Assembly (NCBI GenBank): GCA_963798085.1
Contig: CAWCRS010000007.1
Location: 384,001-448,000, forward strand
DNA length: 64,000 bases
From: an uncultured Gemmatimonadales bacterium
Lineage (GTDB): Bacteria > Gemmatimonadota > Gemmatimonadetes > Longimicrobiales > RSA9
Direction: 5' to 3'
In this document: positions 11,172 through 22,754 of the stretch, piece after piece
How positions within the stretch are numbered: position 1 is the stretch's first letter
Layout: every line of letters begins with the position of its first letter
The notes under the pieces: generated by a model
Told to the model about the DNA's origin: nothing
Seen by the model: the letters and a program-made list of their open reading frames with translations, nothing else
Database searches by the model: none
Position numbers and translations under genes: made by a program

Positions 11172-13087
11172 TCAGCGGGAAGTCACAACCGGCGCCTGCG
11201 CCGCTTGTCGCAGACGCGTGAGATCGTTCTGGAATTCAGGAGTCCGGCTGAGGTCTCTAGCCTCCCATGGGTCGCCAGCACGTCGTATAGCTCCTCCACC
11301 CCATCGCCGTTGTGAATGTAGTGAAGCCTGCCGGACACGACCGAGCGCATGGGCCCGCGCCGGAACGGGCTGGGCAGAGTGCGGTCCCAGTCATCCGGTG
11401 TCACCGTGGAACGCACCAGTGTCTCCGCTTCCGAACCGCCTGCCCACAATGGCGCGAGCGATGCACCGCCGCAACGCGCTCCGCGTGTGCCGCGCTCACG
11501 AGGTCCTGGATCGTGGCGCACACGTCGGTGACACTGACCGGCTGCGCCACGCGCAGCGAAGCCGCCAGGCTGAGCGGCGAGAATAGCAGCAGCGAGACGT
11601 GCAGCAGTGGCCAGTAGAGGCTATTGCCGTGCTCGATCAATCCGCGCTCGCCCAGCTGCTCGCCATGATCCGCCGCCACAATAACAACAGTGTTATCGAG
11701 CAGTCCCTTTGCCTTCAGCGAGTCCAGCAGCGCACCCACCTGCTGGTCGAGGAAGGCGACCGAGGTGTCGTAGTTGTCAATGGTGGTAACGTTGTGCCGC
11801 TCATGGGAGCCTGAACCACCGCCGCGTTCAGCATGCTGTCCCGGGGCTGGTCGCCCAGCCGATCGAGAAAGGCCGACCGTCCCTCGTAGGGCCAATGAGC
11901 ATCGAAGTAGTTCAGGAACGCGAAGAAGGGCCGGCCGCGCAGACTGGACACCCAGCGCAGCAGCTCGCTGCTCACCTGCGGCGCGCGCTTGCGCACCAGC
12001 ATGGGCCGGTTCTGGAGTTGCCGTGCCAGCCACGTGCCGATCTGCTCCGTCAGCCAGGCGCTGTGCGCCCAGAGCGACCACGAGAGATCATAGTCCTCAT
12101 AATGCAGAAAGCCGCGATTCAGGCCGGTGCTGCGTGATGTATACAGCAGGTTAGCCACGAAGCCGCCCGTGGCGTAGCCGCGGGCAGACAGCATCTCCGC
12201 AAGCGTGGGATACGCATGGTCCAGCGGAATACGCCAGCTGGTGCTCAGTGCCGCGGGCGGCTGTCCCGTCAGGATGCTGGCATGGGTGGGCAGCGTCCAC
12301 GGCGCCGGAGCAATCGCGTTCAGGAAGACCACGCCGCTGCGCGAATACGCCTCGAGACGAGGCGTAGTCGGACGCTGGTAGCCGAAGAGACCGAGATTCT
12401 GGGCACGCACCGTGTCCAGGATGATCAGCAGCACACTGGGTGCACCGGATGCGGGCTGATCGAGACGAGAGAGCCGGTAGCGCTCGAGCACCGCGGGGCC
12501 TGCTGTGAGACCGAGGATCGCCAGTGCGAGCAGGGCCAGCGTCGGCGGCAGTGTGCGCCGCGTCATCCTTAAGAGACTGTTATGCCAGCGCTGGCCGGCG
12601 TACACACCCGCCCCCAGCGCCAGCACCGCCACCGCTGCCGGATGCGAATGCCCAGCCGGAGACTGCGCAGAAAACCGTAGCTGCCGAGTGCGACCAGCAC
12701 ACTGGCAACGGCTCGCAGCGGCAGCGGTACGTGCAGCCAGGCGAACGCGGCCGCGAAGGGCATCACAATGATCGTGAAAAGGGTCAGCAGCGCGAGTGGC
12801 GCCAGCCACACCGCGTGTGGATCGGACCACACGACCAGCTTGCCGGTTGCGATACTGCGCAGGAACCAGCCGAAGAAGTCGAGCAGTCCGAACAGAATGC
12901 CCAGCCATGCGGCGACCACCAGCGCCCCGTATGGCGATACACCCGCGCCCGTCGCCAGGCGCTGCGCGAGCGCTGTCAGCCGGCCGCGTAAGCGTGCAGA
13001 ACCGTCCCCAGCGCGGCCAGCAGCATCAGCAGACCGGTAGCGCGCAAGGCGTACTTTGCCACAGCCCGATGTACATCTGCACGGCAC
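11172..13087 (-). pseudogene. Membrane-anchored sulfatase-fold (alkaline phosphatase superfamily) enzyme 1; several frameshifts, start uncertain
   Basis: Fragments in four ORFs: TM region, LIILDTVRA...PWTLPTHASILTG, FFAFLNYFDAH, ADHGE, EELYD; paralogous to the genes at 17095 and 40069. Confidence 0.78.
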
Positions 13088-13342
13088 ATGACCACGTCCG
13101 CTGATCATCCGGTTCAGGAAGGACGGACAGACTGTGGCCGTCGTAGGCCTGGCGAATAATGACGGGAACGATCCAGAAAACGGCGGCGAGCACACCGCCG
13201 CATCACTACGGCTATGACGATCCGGGGGCGGAATCGACGAGGCACTCGCAAATGACTCACGGGTTTTAGGGTACTGAGAAAACGCGGCAGGAATTCCCTC
13301 TGACAATGCAGCGTAGGCGCCGCGGATGGGTGCCGGCAAGGC

Positions 13343-13371
13343 TTGACGCGGATGGCGCGGCGCAATATGCT
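13343..13371 (+). promoter_or_regulatory. Sigma70-type promoter candidate
   Basis: TTGACG (13343-13348), 17 nt spacer, TATGCT (13366-13371), upstream of the + strand GT-C gene. Confidence 0.55.
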
Positions 13372-13590
13372 TGCGAACCGCTGTGACTCGCTCTGGCTAC
13401 GCTGCGCACCATGCGCAGTCGGCGCACACGGCCGGTACGCCCCAACGTGCCGCAGGACGCAGCACTGGATTGAGCGGCGTGATGAGCGAGGCCGGCAGGG
13501 AATTCACGATCGACATTTCGCCTCGTGAGAGGCGTCACATCTGCAACGAGCTTCAGCGGTAGGCTACGCGTGTGCGCGCCGTACAGCAGG

Positions 13591-15298
13591 ATGACAGGGT
13601 TGGCCGAAGCAGATAACACAGCAGAAACCGGCCGCGGACCGTCGGGGTCCGCAGAGCCCCACGCGCTCGGCGCGGCTGGGACATGGCAACCGGGGGACTG
13701 CTTGCGATTGCAGTTGTTGTCATGTTCCTGTCATTCCGTCAATACGGTGTTACCTGGGACGAGAATTACCAGGCGACGTATGGCCAGTACATCATCTCCT
13801 GGTACGGTCCGGCTTTCACGATCGTGCGCCCCTCGACTACTGGCTGCTGATCTACTACGGCGTTTTTTGACGTGCTGGCCGAGCTGGCCACGCGGGTGCT
13901 TCCTTCGGACACTTTGAGTCACGCCACCTCGTTAATGCGCTGTTCGGTCTGGGTGGCACCGCGGCCATCTGGCTGATTGCGCGGCGGCTGGGTGGGGCCT
14001 TGGCCGGATTTCTGGCTGTACTCTTCGCACTGCTTACGCCACCTGGTTCGGGCACATCTTCAACAACCGAAGGACGTGCCGTTCGCAGCCTGTTCGCGTT
14101 GGGATGTAGGGGTGGTACGGTCCATCGAAACGCTGCCGCGGCTGAGTTTGGCGGCAGATGCTGGCGCTCGCGGTCAGCATCGGTCTGACCATGGCTGTGC
14201 GCGTGGGCGGCATTCTGCTGCTCATATGTCTGGGGGCGGCGTTCGTGGCGTGGGTTGTGCTGGAGCGCGGTGAGCGCATTGCAGGTGCCGATTCATCGTC
14301 ATCTCTGCTGCGGGATACATGGACGTTTGGCTGGCGTTACGCAGTGGCGGGCGCGGGCGCATGGTTGATCATGTTGCCCTGGTGGCCGAGAGCCGCGATC
14401 GATCCCATCGAGCACTGCTCCGCACGACTCCTGTCTTCTCGCATTTCCCGTGGCGTGGCCGTGTTTTCTTCGAGGCGCGTGTGGTTCGCGCCATCGATCT
14501 GCCGCGGCGCTATCTGCCCGAGTTCATCGCGGTCGTCTGCCGGAGTTCCTGCTGCTGGGCGTACTTGTCGCGGTCGTTCTGGCGGGTATCTGGATCGTGC
14601 GCCACCGCATGCACTGGCGTCACGCGACAGCGGAGGCGCCGCGCGGGCGTGTGGTCAGTCTGGCAGCGCTGGCGCTGGCCGTAGCCTTCCCCGTGGTTTA
14701 TGCGCCGCTGACAGCGGCCGTGCTGTACGACGGTATGCGACACTTCACGTTCGTGGTGCTGCTGGCGTGCGCGGCCGCGGCCTGTGGCATGGCCGCGCTG
14801 CTGCATCGTCGCGACCGGCTGGCGGCTGGAGTCGGCGTACTGGCGCTCGCATCCATGATCCTCACGCTCGTGGACATGGTGAGGCTGCACCCGTACGAGT
14901 ATATCTACTTCAATCATGCGATTGCCGGCGGGCTGCGCGTTGCGGCGAAATCCTACGAGACGGATTACTGGGGTGCATCTGACCGGGAAGGCGCGCTCTG
15001 GCTCGTTGATAACTACGCGTTACCTACAGACCATCAGCCGCTGCGCGTCGCCAGCTGCATGGAACCTACCTCCACGAGGTACTACCTGCCTGCGGACCGG
15101 TTCACATACGTGAAGCCGCGCAATGATCCCGATCTCTTCCTGGGCAACCCGCGCCTCGGCTGCGATACCACCGTTGCGGGGACGACGGTGCACGTGGTGG
15201 AACGCATGGGTGTTCCGCTGCTCTATCTGAAGGAAATCACACCGCGGGCGGCGGCGGCGCGGAATCACACCGAAACAGCAGCCGAGACGGTGCACTGA
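13591..15298 (+). pseudogene. GT-C fold membrane glycosyltransferase-like protein; several frameshifts, start uncertain
   Basis: Joined frames give YGVTWDE, RHLVNALFG, FNNPKDVPFA, LYDGMRHF, HPYEYIYFN and YETDYWG with many TM segments. Confidence 0.68.
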
Positions 15299-15319
15299 GG
15301 GCGGTGGCGTCGTCGCGCG

Positions 15320-17098
15320 CTACTGCCGCAGAGGAACCGCGAAAAGGCGGACTGGACCGGTTTCCAGCAGCAGCTCAGCCGGCTCGGTTGCGCGCTCACG
15401 CAGTCTGGTCTTGTCGAGTACCTGCTCCAGCGTCTGGCGCGAGCGGTAGCTGTTCACAACAACGAGCGCGCGCCGCGTCGTATCCGACGCGGGAACGTAG
15501 TAGCGCAGCAGCCCGGCGCGTCGCAGCTCATAACGCACGACCATCACCGACGGAAAGATCGAGGCGACGACATCGCCGGGACGGAGGGACGACGCGAGCG
15601 CCGCAGCGATCTGCTCGCCGTGCGGCATGCTCTCCGTTTCCAGGTCACGCGATACCAGTAGCTCCGCGCGCAGGATGCCAGCGCCCAGCCACAACAGCAT
15701 CAGACACGCCAGGGCCACCCCCAGCGGCCCGCGCGCGCGCCCGCGCAGCGGCAGGTGACGCCAGCCAGCTACCAGCCCGGCGGCAACGATCAGGATCGCA
15801 AAAGGAAGCAGAATGGACCAGATGCGTGCCTGCGGCGCGACGCGCTGCAGTGTCGCCAGCGCGAGTGGTCCGGCGAGCCCGGCAATGGGCGGGATGCGCG
15901 ACGGGCTCAGTCGACGGTGCTCCGCCACACCGAGGATCAGGCCGAAACCCAGCAGCACGATGAGCGGAAGCGGAGCGTTGTGTGTCCACTCGCCGGCGGT
16001 GCTGGCAATCAGCGGCGGCCACGCGGTCAGGAAGTCCCGCAGCGAGAGCGGTGTGACGAAGCGGTTCGCGAAAAGCAGCCTCGGCCCGGTGAAAATTAGA
16101 ACGGGCGAATAGAGCAGCAGAGCGAGCCCGAGCGCCAGACCGCCCGCGAGCAGGGTGCGACGCAGCGTAATGCGGCTGATCGCGGTATTGCCGGCGATTC
16201 CCTGAGAACGCAGCCAGCCTGCAACGAAGGCAATCGGGAACAACATTACGGGGGCGGGCCACAACCCGAGTGCGGCGATCGAGCACGAATGCCATCCAGA
16301 GCGGCGCGTCATCGCGGTCCGCATGAGCGCCGCCAGACTCAGGAGCACGAGGCCACACAAGGCCACGAAGCTGTAGCCGCGCGCATTCACGGAATAGGCG
16401 GTCAACGCGGACGAGACAGCGACGAGCCCGCCCGCCAGCATACCGGTGCGCCGATCGTACAGGAGCCGACCGGCGAGCCACGCAGCCGGAATCTGCAGCA
16501 CGCCGAACGTGAGCGCGGGCAGGCGCAGGGCCCAGAGACTGCCGCCGAACAAGCCTGTGGTGAAGTGCGCGAGAATGGAGTTCAACACATGAGTTGGGCT
16601 CCGGATACCACGGCACGGCAACCCACGCGGGGCGCAGCACATAGTCGAAGAGCGTCTTGCCCTCGTCCCAGAGCAGCGAGCGCTGCAGAAACGCGATGCG
16701 CAGAGCGGCGCCCGCGAGCACCATGCCACAGAGCGCCAGCCGCTCGGCGCGCGGCACGCCTCGCCAGCCGCTGCGGGCTTCGCTCAGGAGCCGCCGCGGC
16801 CAGCCGGCCTGACGTTGCAGGCTCCCGCGTAACAGCCTGTTTGGAGCCGGCAGCAGGAGCAGCAACGCCGCCACCAGTGGCACGGCCACGAAGGCGCGCA
16901 GCTTCAGCACCACGTGGGTGGTCTGTGTCCGGGCCCATGCGGGATCACCCGAGAGTTGCGTGTATGCCGGAGATGGTGAGCCGGAAACTGGGAGGAGACT
17001 AGCGCAATCACCGCCGGCACCAGGAGCAGGCCGATTACGACATAACTGCGGGCACGCGCGGCAGGCGCGCCGTTGTCACCGGTGGCACGGGCTATCAC
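15320..17098 (-). pseudogene. GT-C fold membrane glycosyltransferase (GT39-like); several frameshifts
   Basis: LRIAFLQRSLLWDE, EPN/HVLNS, ALRLPA and YSVNARGY across frames, similar to the gene at 4245; GTG at 17098 sits in a GTGA overlap. Confidence 0.7.
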
Positions 17099-18867
17099 GT
17101 GCCGGGGGACGCGGTCCAGCAGCGCGCGCAGGCCGACTATGCGCAGCGAATCGGGCAATGTAATGAGATTGTCTGCTTCGGCGGGATCACGGTCCAGATC
17201 GAAGTACTCCTGCTTCGCATCGCCGCGCACGATCAGATGCTGGGGCCAGCGCACGGCGCCGCGCATGTCGCCCGCCGAGGAATGGGATACCAGTCCGGCT
17301 GGCGTGCGGAAAAGGGCACGACGGAAACCGCTGACTCGCTCGTGGTGTCGACCGGCGAGCGCCAGAAGCGCGTGAGCGAACGACCGGGGAAGGGCGCACC
17401 ATCCGCCAGGCCGGTGAGGTCCGCAATGGTGGCGGGCAGGTCGCGCAGACTCACGGTCCCTGGAACACGCACGCCGCCGGGAACCCCGCCGGGAAACGAT
17501 ACGAGCAGCGGCACGTGCAGCTCATCAATGAACAGACTGTTACCGTGACCCCAGAGGCGGTGCTCGCCCAGCTCCTCGCCATGATCCGACGAAATGATGA
17601 CCAGCGTGTGCTCGAGCACGCCTCGCCGGCGCAGTGCCTCGAGCAGCAGCCGAACCTGCTCGTCCATGGATGTGATCGCATCATCATAGCCATCGATCAG
17701 ATCCCGGCGCTCCGCGGGTGATGGGTCACGCCCGGTGGCGATGCGGCGGACGCGCGGGCTCCCGAACCTGGTGTCGAACGGCTTTTCGGGAGCGTAGGGA
17801 TCGTGCGCGTCGAAGAAGTTCAGAAACGCGAAGAAGGGCCGGCCCTGCTGTGTCGCCTGCCAGTCCAGGAACTCCCGCGCGATGTCCGAGGCACGGCGCC
17901 GTCCCGGCACGTAGTATGTGCCCAGCCAGCGGTTCGCCTGACGCACGAGATGCTGCACCAGCGGCGCGCTGGTGGCGATGACACCGAATGTCAGCGGATA
18001 GAAGCGGTAGTGCACGAAACCACGGGCCAGTCCGTAGGCGGGCGGGCCGTAGATGTAGTTGGCCACGAAACCGCCCGTGGCGTACCCGCGCGCGGACAGG
18101 TAGCCGGCCAGCGTGGGCCAGCGCCCATCGAGCGGGGTTTCCCAGTCGGCGGACAGCTCGAAGGGCATGTGGCCCGTGAAGAGTGTGCCGTGCGAAGCCA
18201 GCGTCCAGGGCGCCGCCGTGATGGCGCGATCGAACACCGTGCCCTGCGCGGCCAGCGACTGCAGGAAGGGCGTGGTCTGGCGATCGTAGCCGTACAGGCT
18301 GGTGCTGGCGGCGCGCACCGTGTCCCAGATGATGAACAGCACGTTAGGACGGGTGCTGTCCGGCGCCGGCTGCGCGCGCCTCGCCCGCCATTCCCGCAAT
18401 GCCTCGCCGCCGTAGACGCCACAGGTCAGCAGCAGCACCAGGCCGGCCATCAATGGCAGCGTCCGCCTGGCCCGCCGCAGCAGCGCCTGCGGATGGCGGC
18501 TCAGCATGCGCGCGAGCTGCACGCCGACGCCCAGCGACAGCAGCAGGGAAGCGAGCGGGTGCACGCGCGGCACCATCAGGGCGATGCTGTACAGGCCGGC
18601 AGCGCAGAAGACTGCCAGCACGGCCAGAGCGGGAACCGGCCGCGTGCGCCATGCCAGGACTAACAGCAGTGCCAGCACACCGAACACCGCCAGATGCGCG
18701 GCCGGCGCGGTCCAGACCAGCTGTGGATCGAAATGCACAGCGCGGTGCACGCCCCAGCGCGCCACGACCCACACCAGCAGCTCGGCGAGCCCGGTGCTGA
18801 ACGCGAACCAGACGGCCAGCAGCAGCAGAGGCCGCAACGCCAGTTTGCGCTCGTCCGACGCCGTCAT
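17095..18867 (-). CDS. Membrane-anchored sulfatase-fold enzyme 2; frameshift near 17270 in the C-terminal part
   Basis: About five N-terminal TMs, FIIWDTVRA, PWTLASHGTLFTG, FLNFFDAHDPY and SDHGE; tail EYFDLDRDPAE continues in ORF 16904-17266. Confidence 0.85.
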
Positions 18868-20474
18868 GGCCCGAAGTTGGCCCTGGCCGCGCGCACTGCG
18901 TTGGCCATGAGTGTGAACGTGATGTTTTTCGCCGGCAGGAAGGGGAACGTGGCGCCGTCGACCAGGAAGAGGTTGTCGAAATCACGACTGCGACAGTCGG
19001 GCGTGGCCGTGCAGTCGCCACCCTCACGCGTCATGGGCAGCGTACCCGCGTAGTGCACGCTGGCACCTTTGGGGCGCACGTGCGCCATTGCAGTGGGCGC
19101 CAGACAGTGCAGCCGGCGCAGTGCCGCGCGTACGCGGCGCAGCGCTGCGTCCACGTTCGCCGCCTCACCCGGCGCCGCCGCATACTCGATCACGAGCGCT
19201 GCTTCGCGGCCAGGCCGCGGCTCGAGCGTCATGATGTTGGTGTCGCGCCGGTCATCATGGAAATTGACATTGACCAGGCCCAGCGCGCCGCGCAGCCAGC
19301 GGAAGGCGCCCGTCGCGGCACGTGCGTCGAAGGGCAGGTTCTGGATGATGGGATGCGCCATGGTCGTCTTGAGCGTCGTGATCTGGCCGTGCACGTAATG
19401 GCGAGGGTCGGGCGTTTCCAGTCCCAGCCCCAGCATGTGATACTGGTAGCTGGAAGGCTCGTAACGCACGCCGAGCATGTCCAGATTCACGAATGGCACC
19501 AGTACCTGCTGGTTGTCCATCAGGCCACCGAGTCGCAGCAGCTCGCCGGTGGCGCGGTACACGGACTCGAGAAAGATGCGCGATGTGTTCAGGGCGCCAG
19601 CGGCCAGCGCCACGGCTTCCACGTCGATGCGCTGCGCGCTGCCATCCTCGCGCCGGCCCACCAGCGCGGTGACGCGCCGGCGGGGTCCGGTCTCGAAATG
19701 CGTCACATAGAAGTCGGGCAGGTAGCGGAAGCGGTCGTGTCGCAGACACGCCGCCAGTGTCAGCGATGGTGTGTAGATGGCATCGACGGGACAGCCCCAG
19801 AGGCAGCGCCCCAGATAGCGGCAGCCGCGACGATCGCCGTGGTCGGTCGTGGTCGTGGCCAGCCGGGAACGGCCCAGCCAGCAGCCCAGCTCACGGTTGA
19901 GCCGCTCGCGGACGCGCCCATAACGACGCATTAGCAACTGCGAGTGCCGGTCCAGCACCAGCGGCGGCATGATCCCGTCGTGCGGCGGCATGAAGCGCGC
20001 GAGATCGTCCAGCTCACCGCAGATGCCGATGCGGCGCGCCACCTCGGCGTATGCGGCCTTCATGTCGTCGAACGCGACCGGGTAGTCCGCGAGTTCTGCC
20101 TCATTGAAAGGGTACACGCCGCCGGTCCAGGCCTCGGCGAGGCCGCCGCGAGCAAAGGAGAAGAGCGGCGCGAAGCCACGGGCGCGCACCTCGAATCCGC
20201 CCGGCTCGGCAAACACGTACTCCCGCCCCGGCGGCACACCATAGTACTCGCCCCTGGCGCCGGGAAACGTGATGCCCTCGAAATCGCTGCCGAGGAAGTA
20301 ATCGAGCGGGTCGTCCAGATCGGACTTGAGCTGCCGCAGACTGGCGGAAGGCAGGACGGCCGGCGGACGCGGTTTTCCCACGTCGACGAGCACCACGGAT
20401 TGCCCCAGCTCGAGCAGTGTCTGCGCGAAATGAACGCCGCTCGGCCCCGAGCCCACTACCGCGATCGGCTTCAT
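18864..20474 (-). CDS. GMC family FAD-dependent oxidoreductase
   Basis: VVGSGPSG dinucleotide motif, CRYLGRCLWGCP Cys cluster, LAAGAL, HYAGTLPM, NLFLVDGATFP and TFTLMANA. Confidence 0.85.
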   Translation of the reverse strand: MKPIAVVGSGPSGVHFAQTLLELGQSVVLVDVGKPRPPAVLPSASLRQLKSDLDDPLDYFLGSDFEGITFPGARGEYYGVPPGREYVFAEPGGFEVRARGFAPLFSFARGGLAEAWTGGVYPFNEAELADYPVAFDDMKAAYAEVARRIGICGELDDLARFMPPHDGIMPPLVLDRHSQLLMRRYGRVRERLNRELGCWLGRSRLATTTTDHGDRRGCRYLGRCLWGCPVDAIYTPSLTLAACLRHDRFRYLPDFYVTHFETGPRRRVTALVGRREDGSAQRIDVEAVALAAGALNTSRIFLESVYRATGELLRLGGLMDNQQVLVPFVNLDMLGVRYEPSSYQYHMLGLGLETPDPRHYVHGQITTLKTTMAHPIIQNLPFDARAATGAFRWLRGALGLVNVNFHDDRRDTNIMTLEPRPGREAALVIEYAAAPGEAANVDAALRRVRAALRRLHCLAPTAMAHVRPKGASVHYAGTLPMTREGGDCTATPDCRSRDFDNLFLVDGATFPFLPAKNITFTLMANAVRAARANFGP

Positions 20475-20923
20475 GCGCTCGCCCGCAAACGCAGCAGCGC
20501 GTGCCGCGGTGCGATCACGAGGAACGCGAGCAGCAGGCGCACCGCGAAGCCCGCGGCCGCACCGAGCACGCCAACGATCGCGCGCACGCGACCTCCGGCG
20601 GGCGGCTCGAACGCGGCTTCGCCAGGCGATGTGCTCTCCAGGATCGCGAGCAGCAATGTCAGACGACGACGCAGGTCACCCGCCGGCGCGAAAAAACGCG
20701 CCCACGCATCCGCCAGCCCCGTCATGAACGGACCACGCGCGGCGATGCGCACGAGCATGCGGTCCTGTGCCGTGCGCGGGGCGGCATCGAGGAACGACCG
20801 GCTGTTCAGTCCGCGAGCGTAGCCCAGCTGCACGCGCTCCGTTGCGTCGGCGCGTATGAGGTAGCGCGTGAACACGCGGCACTCCTCACGAACGGCCGGC
20901 GCGGACACGGACGGGTCAGCCAT
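20471..20923 (-). CDS. Hypothetical protein, 150 aa, with hydrophobic C-terminus
   Basis: Overlaps both neighbours in operon fashion; no recognisable motif. Confidence 0.65.
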   Translation of the reverse strand: MADPSVSAPAVREECRVFTRYLIRADATERVQLGYARGLNSRSFLDAAPRTAQDRMLVRIAARGPFMTGLADAWARFFAPAGDLRRRLTLLLAILESTSPGEAAFEPPAGGRVRAIVGVLGAAAGFAVRLLLAFLVIAPRHALLRLRASA

Positions 20924-21815
20924 CCTGCACCGTTTCCGCGATCATCGCGTCCAGCGTGGCGAAGCTGTGGCCGGGCGCGAGCGCCTGCGCATCGCTCGCC
21001 GCCGCGCCGTCATTGGCAAACGCGGCCAGCTGGCCGGCGCTGATGGGCGCAACGCCCGGCGCCATGCGATCCAGCCACGCCAGCGTGCTGCGCAGGGCCT
21101 GCAGGGGCAGGTGCACGGCGCGCGTCTCACGGCCGCGCAGCGCCCGCTGCAGCCTGCGCAGCAGCGCTTCCATGGTCAGCACATTGCGGCCGCCGAGGTC
21201 CAGCGTTTCCTGCCGGAAGCGATCGGCCTGCAACAGCGCACGCAGCACCGCGGCGACATCGGCGACGTGCACCGGCTGCACGCGCACCCGTCCATCGCCG
21301 AACACGGGCAGCAGCGGCAGTCCGGCGAGCGAGCGCAGCCGCCGGCCAATGGCCGAGCCCCGGCCCAGCACGATCGTGGGCCGCACAATTGTGCTGCGCA
21401 ATTCACTGGCGAGGACCAGCGCCTCGGCGCGCTGCTTGGCGATGGCGTAGGGGTAGTAGCGTTTGTCCTGATAACCGGCTGCTATCGAGCTGACGAAGAG
21501 GAAGCGCGGCACGCCCGCCTCGGCACACGCGCGCAGCAGCAATGCCGTACCATCGGCGTTGACGCGCAGGTGCTCGCTCATGGGCGCCTTGCCCACCACC
21601 GCGGCGAGGTGCAGCACGGCATCGGCGCCGGCGAGAGCGGGATGCCAGGTGTTGCTGTCGAAGAGGTCGGCGCGCACGACGCGCAGGCGGGGATTCTCCG
21701 CCAGCGTGGTGCCGCGCGTCAGTGCGGTGACGGACCAGTCCGTGTGCTCTGCCAGCCCCTGCAGGAAGGCGCGGCCCAGGAAACCACTGGCGCCCGTGAC
21801 GAACAGCGCTCGCAT
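20916..21815 (-). CDS. NAD-dependent epimerase/dehydratase (extended or atypical SDR)
   Basis: FVTGASGFLG, HLAA, FVSS, YAIAK, IVRPTIV and PVHVADVA; ATG at 21815. Confidence 0.85.
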   Translation of the reverse strand: MRALFVTGASGFLGRAFLQGLAEHTDWSVTALTRGTTLAENPRLRVVRADLFDSNTWHPALAGADAVLHLAAVVGKAPMSEHLRVNADGTALLLRACAEAGVPRFLFVSSIAAGYQDKRYYPYAIAKQRAEALVLASELRSTIVRPTIVLGRGSAIGRRLRSLAGLPLLPVFGDGRVRVQPVHVADVAAVLRALLQADRFRQETLDLGGRNVLTMEALLRRLQRALRGRETRAVHLPLQALRSTLAWLDRMAPGVAPISAGQLAAFANDGAAASDAQALAPGHSFATLDAMIAETVQDG

Positions 21816-21835
21816 GGACGCCGTTCGTCCTCCGG

Positions 21836-22738
21836 TCAGGCCTGGTCCGACTGGGCGCGCGGCGACAACGGCCCGGCGCGGTACGACTCCGCCAGCCGGG
21901 TGCGCGCCGACGCGCTCATGCCGCGCGAAATGGGAGAGCGCCAGAGGAACCAGCGCACGCGACACACACCCTTGATGTCATCCCATGCCGTGCGCGCGAT
22001 CTTCACGCGGCTGTCGTCGTCTTCGATCCACAGCACGGGCACGTCCTTGATGCGATAGCCCCACTTCTCGGAGAGTGTGAGCAGCTCGGTGTCGAAGAAC
22101 CACGACTGGTCCTTCACGTGCGGCATCACGTGCTCGACCACGCGCCGGCTGACTGCCTTGAAGCCACACTGCGCATCACTGAACGTCGTGCGCAGCACAC
22201 TCTTCACAATGAGGTTGTAGGTGCGCGAGATCACTTCGCGCTTGAAAGAGCGCTGCGTCTGCGATTCGCGCATCAACCTCGAGCCGGTGGCCAGGTCATA
22301 GCCTTCGTACAGAATCGCATCGACAAGACGGGGCAGTGCCGGCAGCTCGGTCGACAGGTCGACATCCGTGTAGCACATCACATCGGCATCGCTGCGTGAC
22401 CAGGCCTGGCGCAGCGCCCGGCCGCGACCGCGCTGGTCGAGATGCACGAAGCCCACATCGGCATAGCGCCCGGCGAGCGCCTGCGCTATGCGATCCGTGC
22501 CATCCTTCGAGCCGTTGTCCACCACCACGACGCGCCAGCGATGGCGGAGATTCTGCCGCAGGAATTCGCGCACCGTCTCCACGCTCTTCTCCAGCACGTG
22601 CGCTTCGTTGAGCACGGGGATCATCACGTCCACGGAGAAACCGGTGGGCTGCGCCGGCCGATCCGTGACCATGTCGGCAAGTATGCCGCGGCCACCGGAG
22701 GACGAAGATTCGTTCATTGGCTTCTGCTCAGAATGCAT
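21836..22738 (-). CDS. GT2, dolichyl-phosphate beta-glucosyltransferase-like (polyprenol-phosphate sugar synthase)
   Basis: MIPVLNE, VDNGSKDGT, GRGRAL, YTDVDLST, SDAQCGFKA and WFFDTELL. Confidence 0.9.
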   Translation of the reverse strand: MHSEQKPMNESSSSGGRGILADMVTDRPAQPTGFSVDVMIPVLNEAHVLEKSVETVREFLRQNLRHRWRVVVVDNGSKDGTDRIAQALAGRYADVGFVHLDQRGRGRALRQAWSRSDADVMCYTDVDLSTELPALPRLVDAILYEGYDLATGSRLMRESQTQRSFKREVISRTYNLIVKSVLRTTFSDAQCGFKAVSRRVVEHVMPHVKDQSWFFDTELLTLSEKWGYRIKDVPVLWIEDDDSRVKIARTAWDDIKGVCRVRWFLWRSPISRGMSASARTRLAESYRAGPLSPRAQSDQA

Positions 22739-22754
22739 GCTTCTACCACCGGAC

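Noticed and set aside
16904..17266. Sulfatase-fold/GT-C fusion protein
   Set aside because: Removing one base from a five-base homopolymer near 17105 gives a TGA TAG stop overlapping the GTG start at 17098, which fits two coupled genes better.
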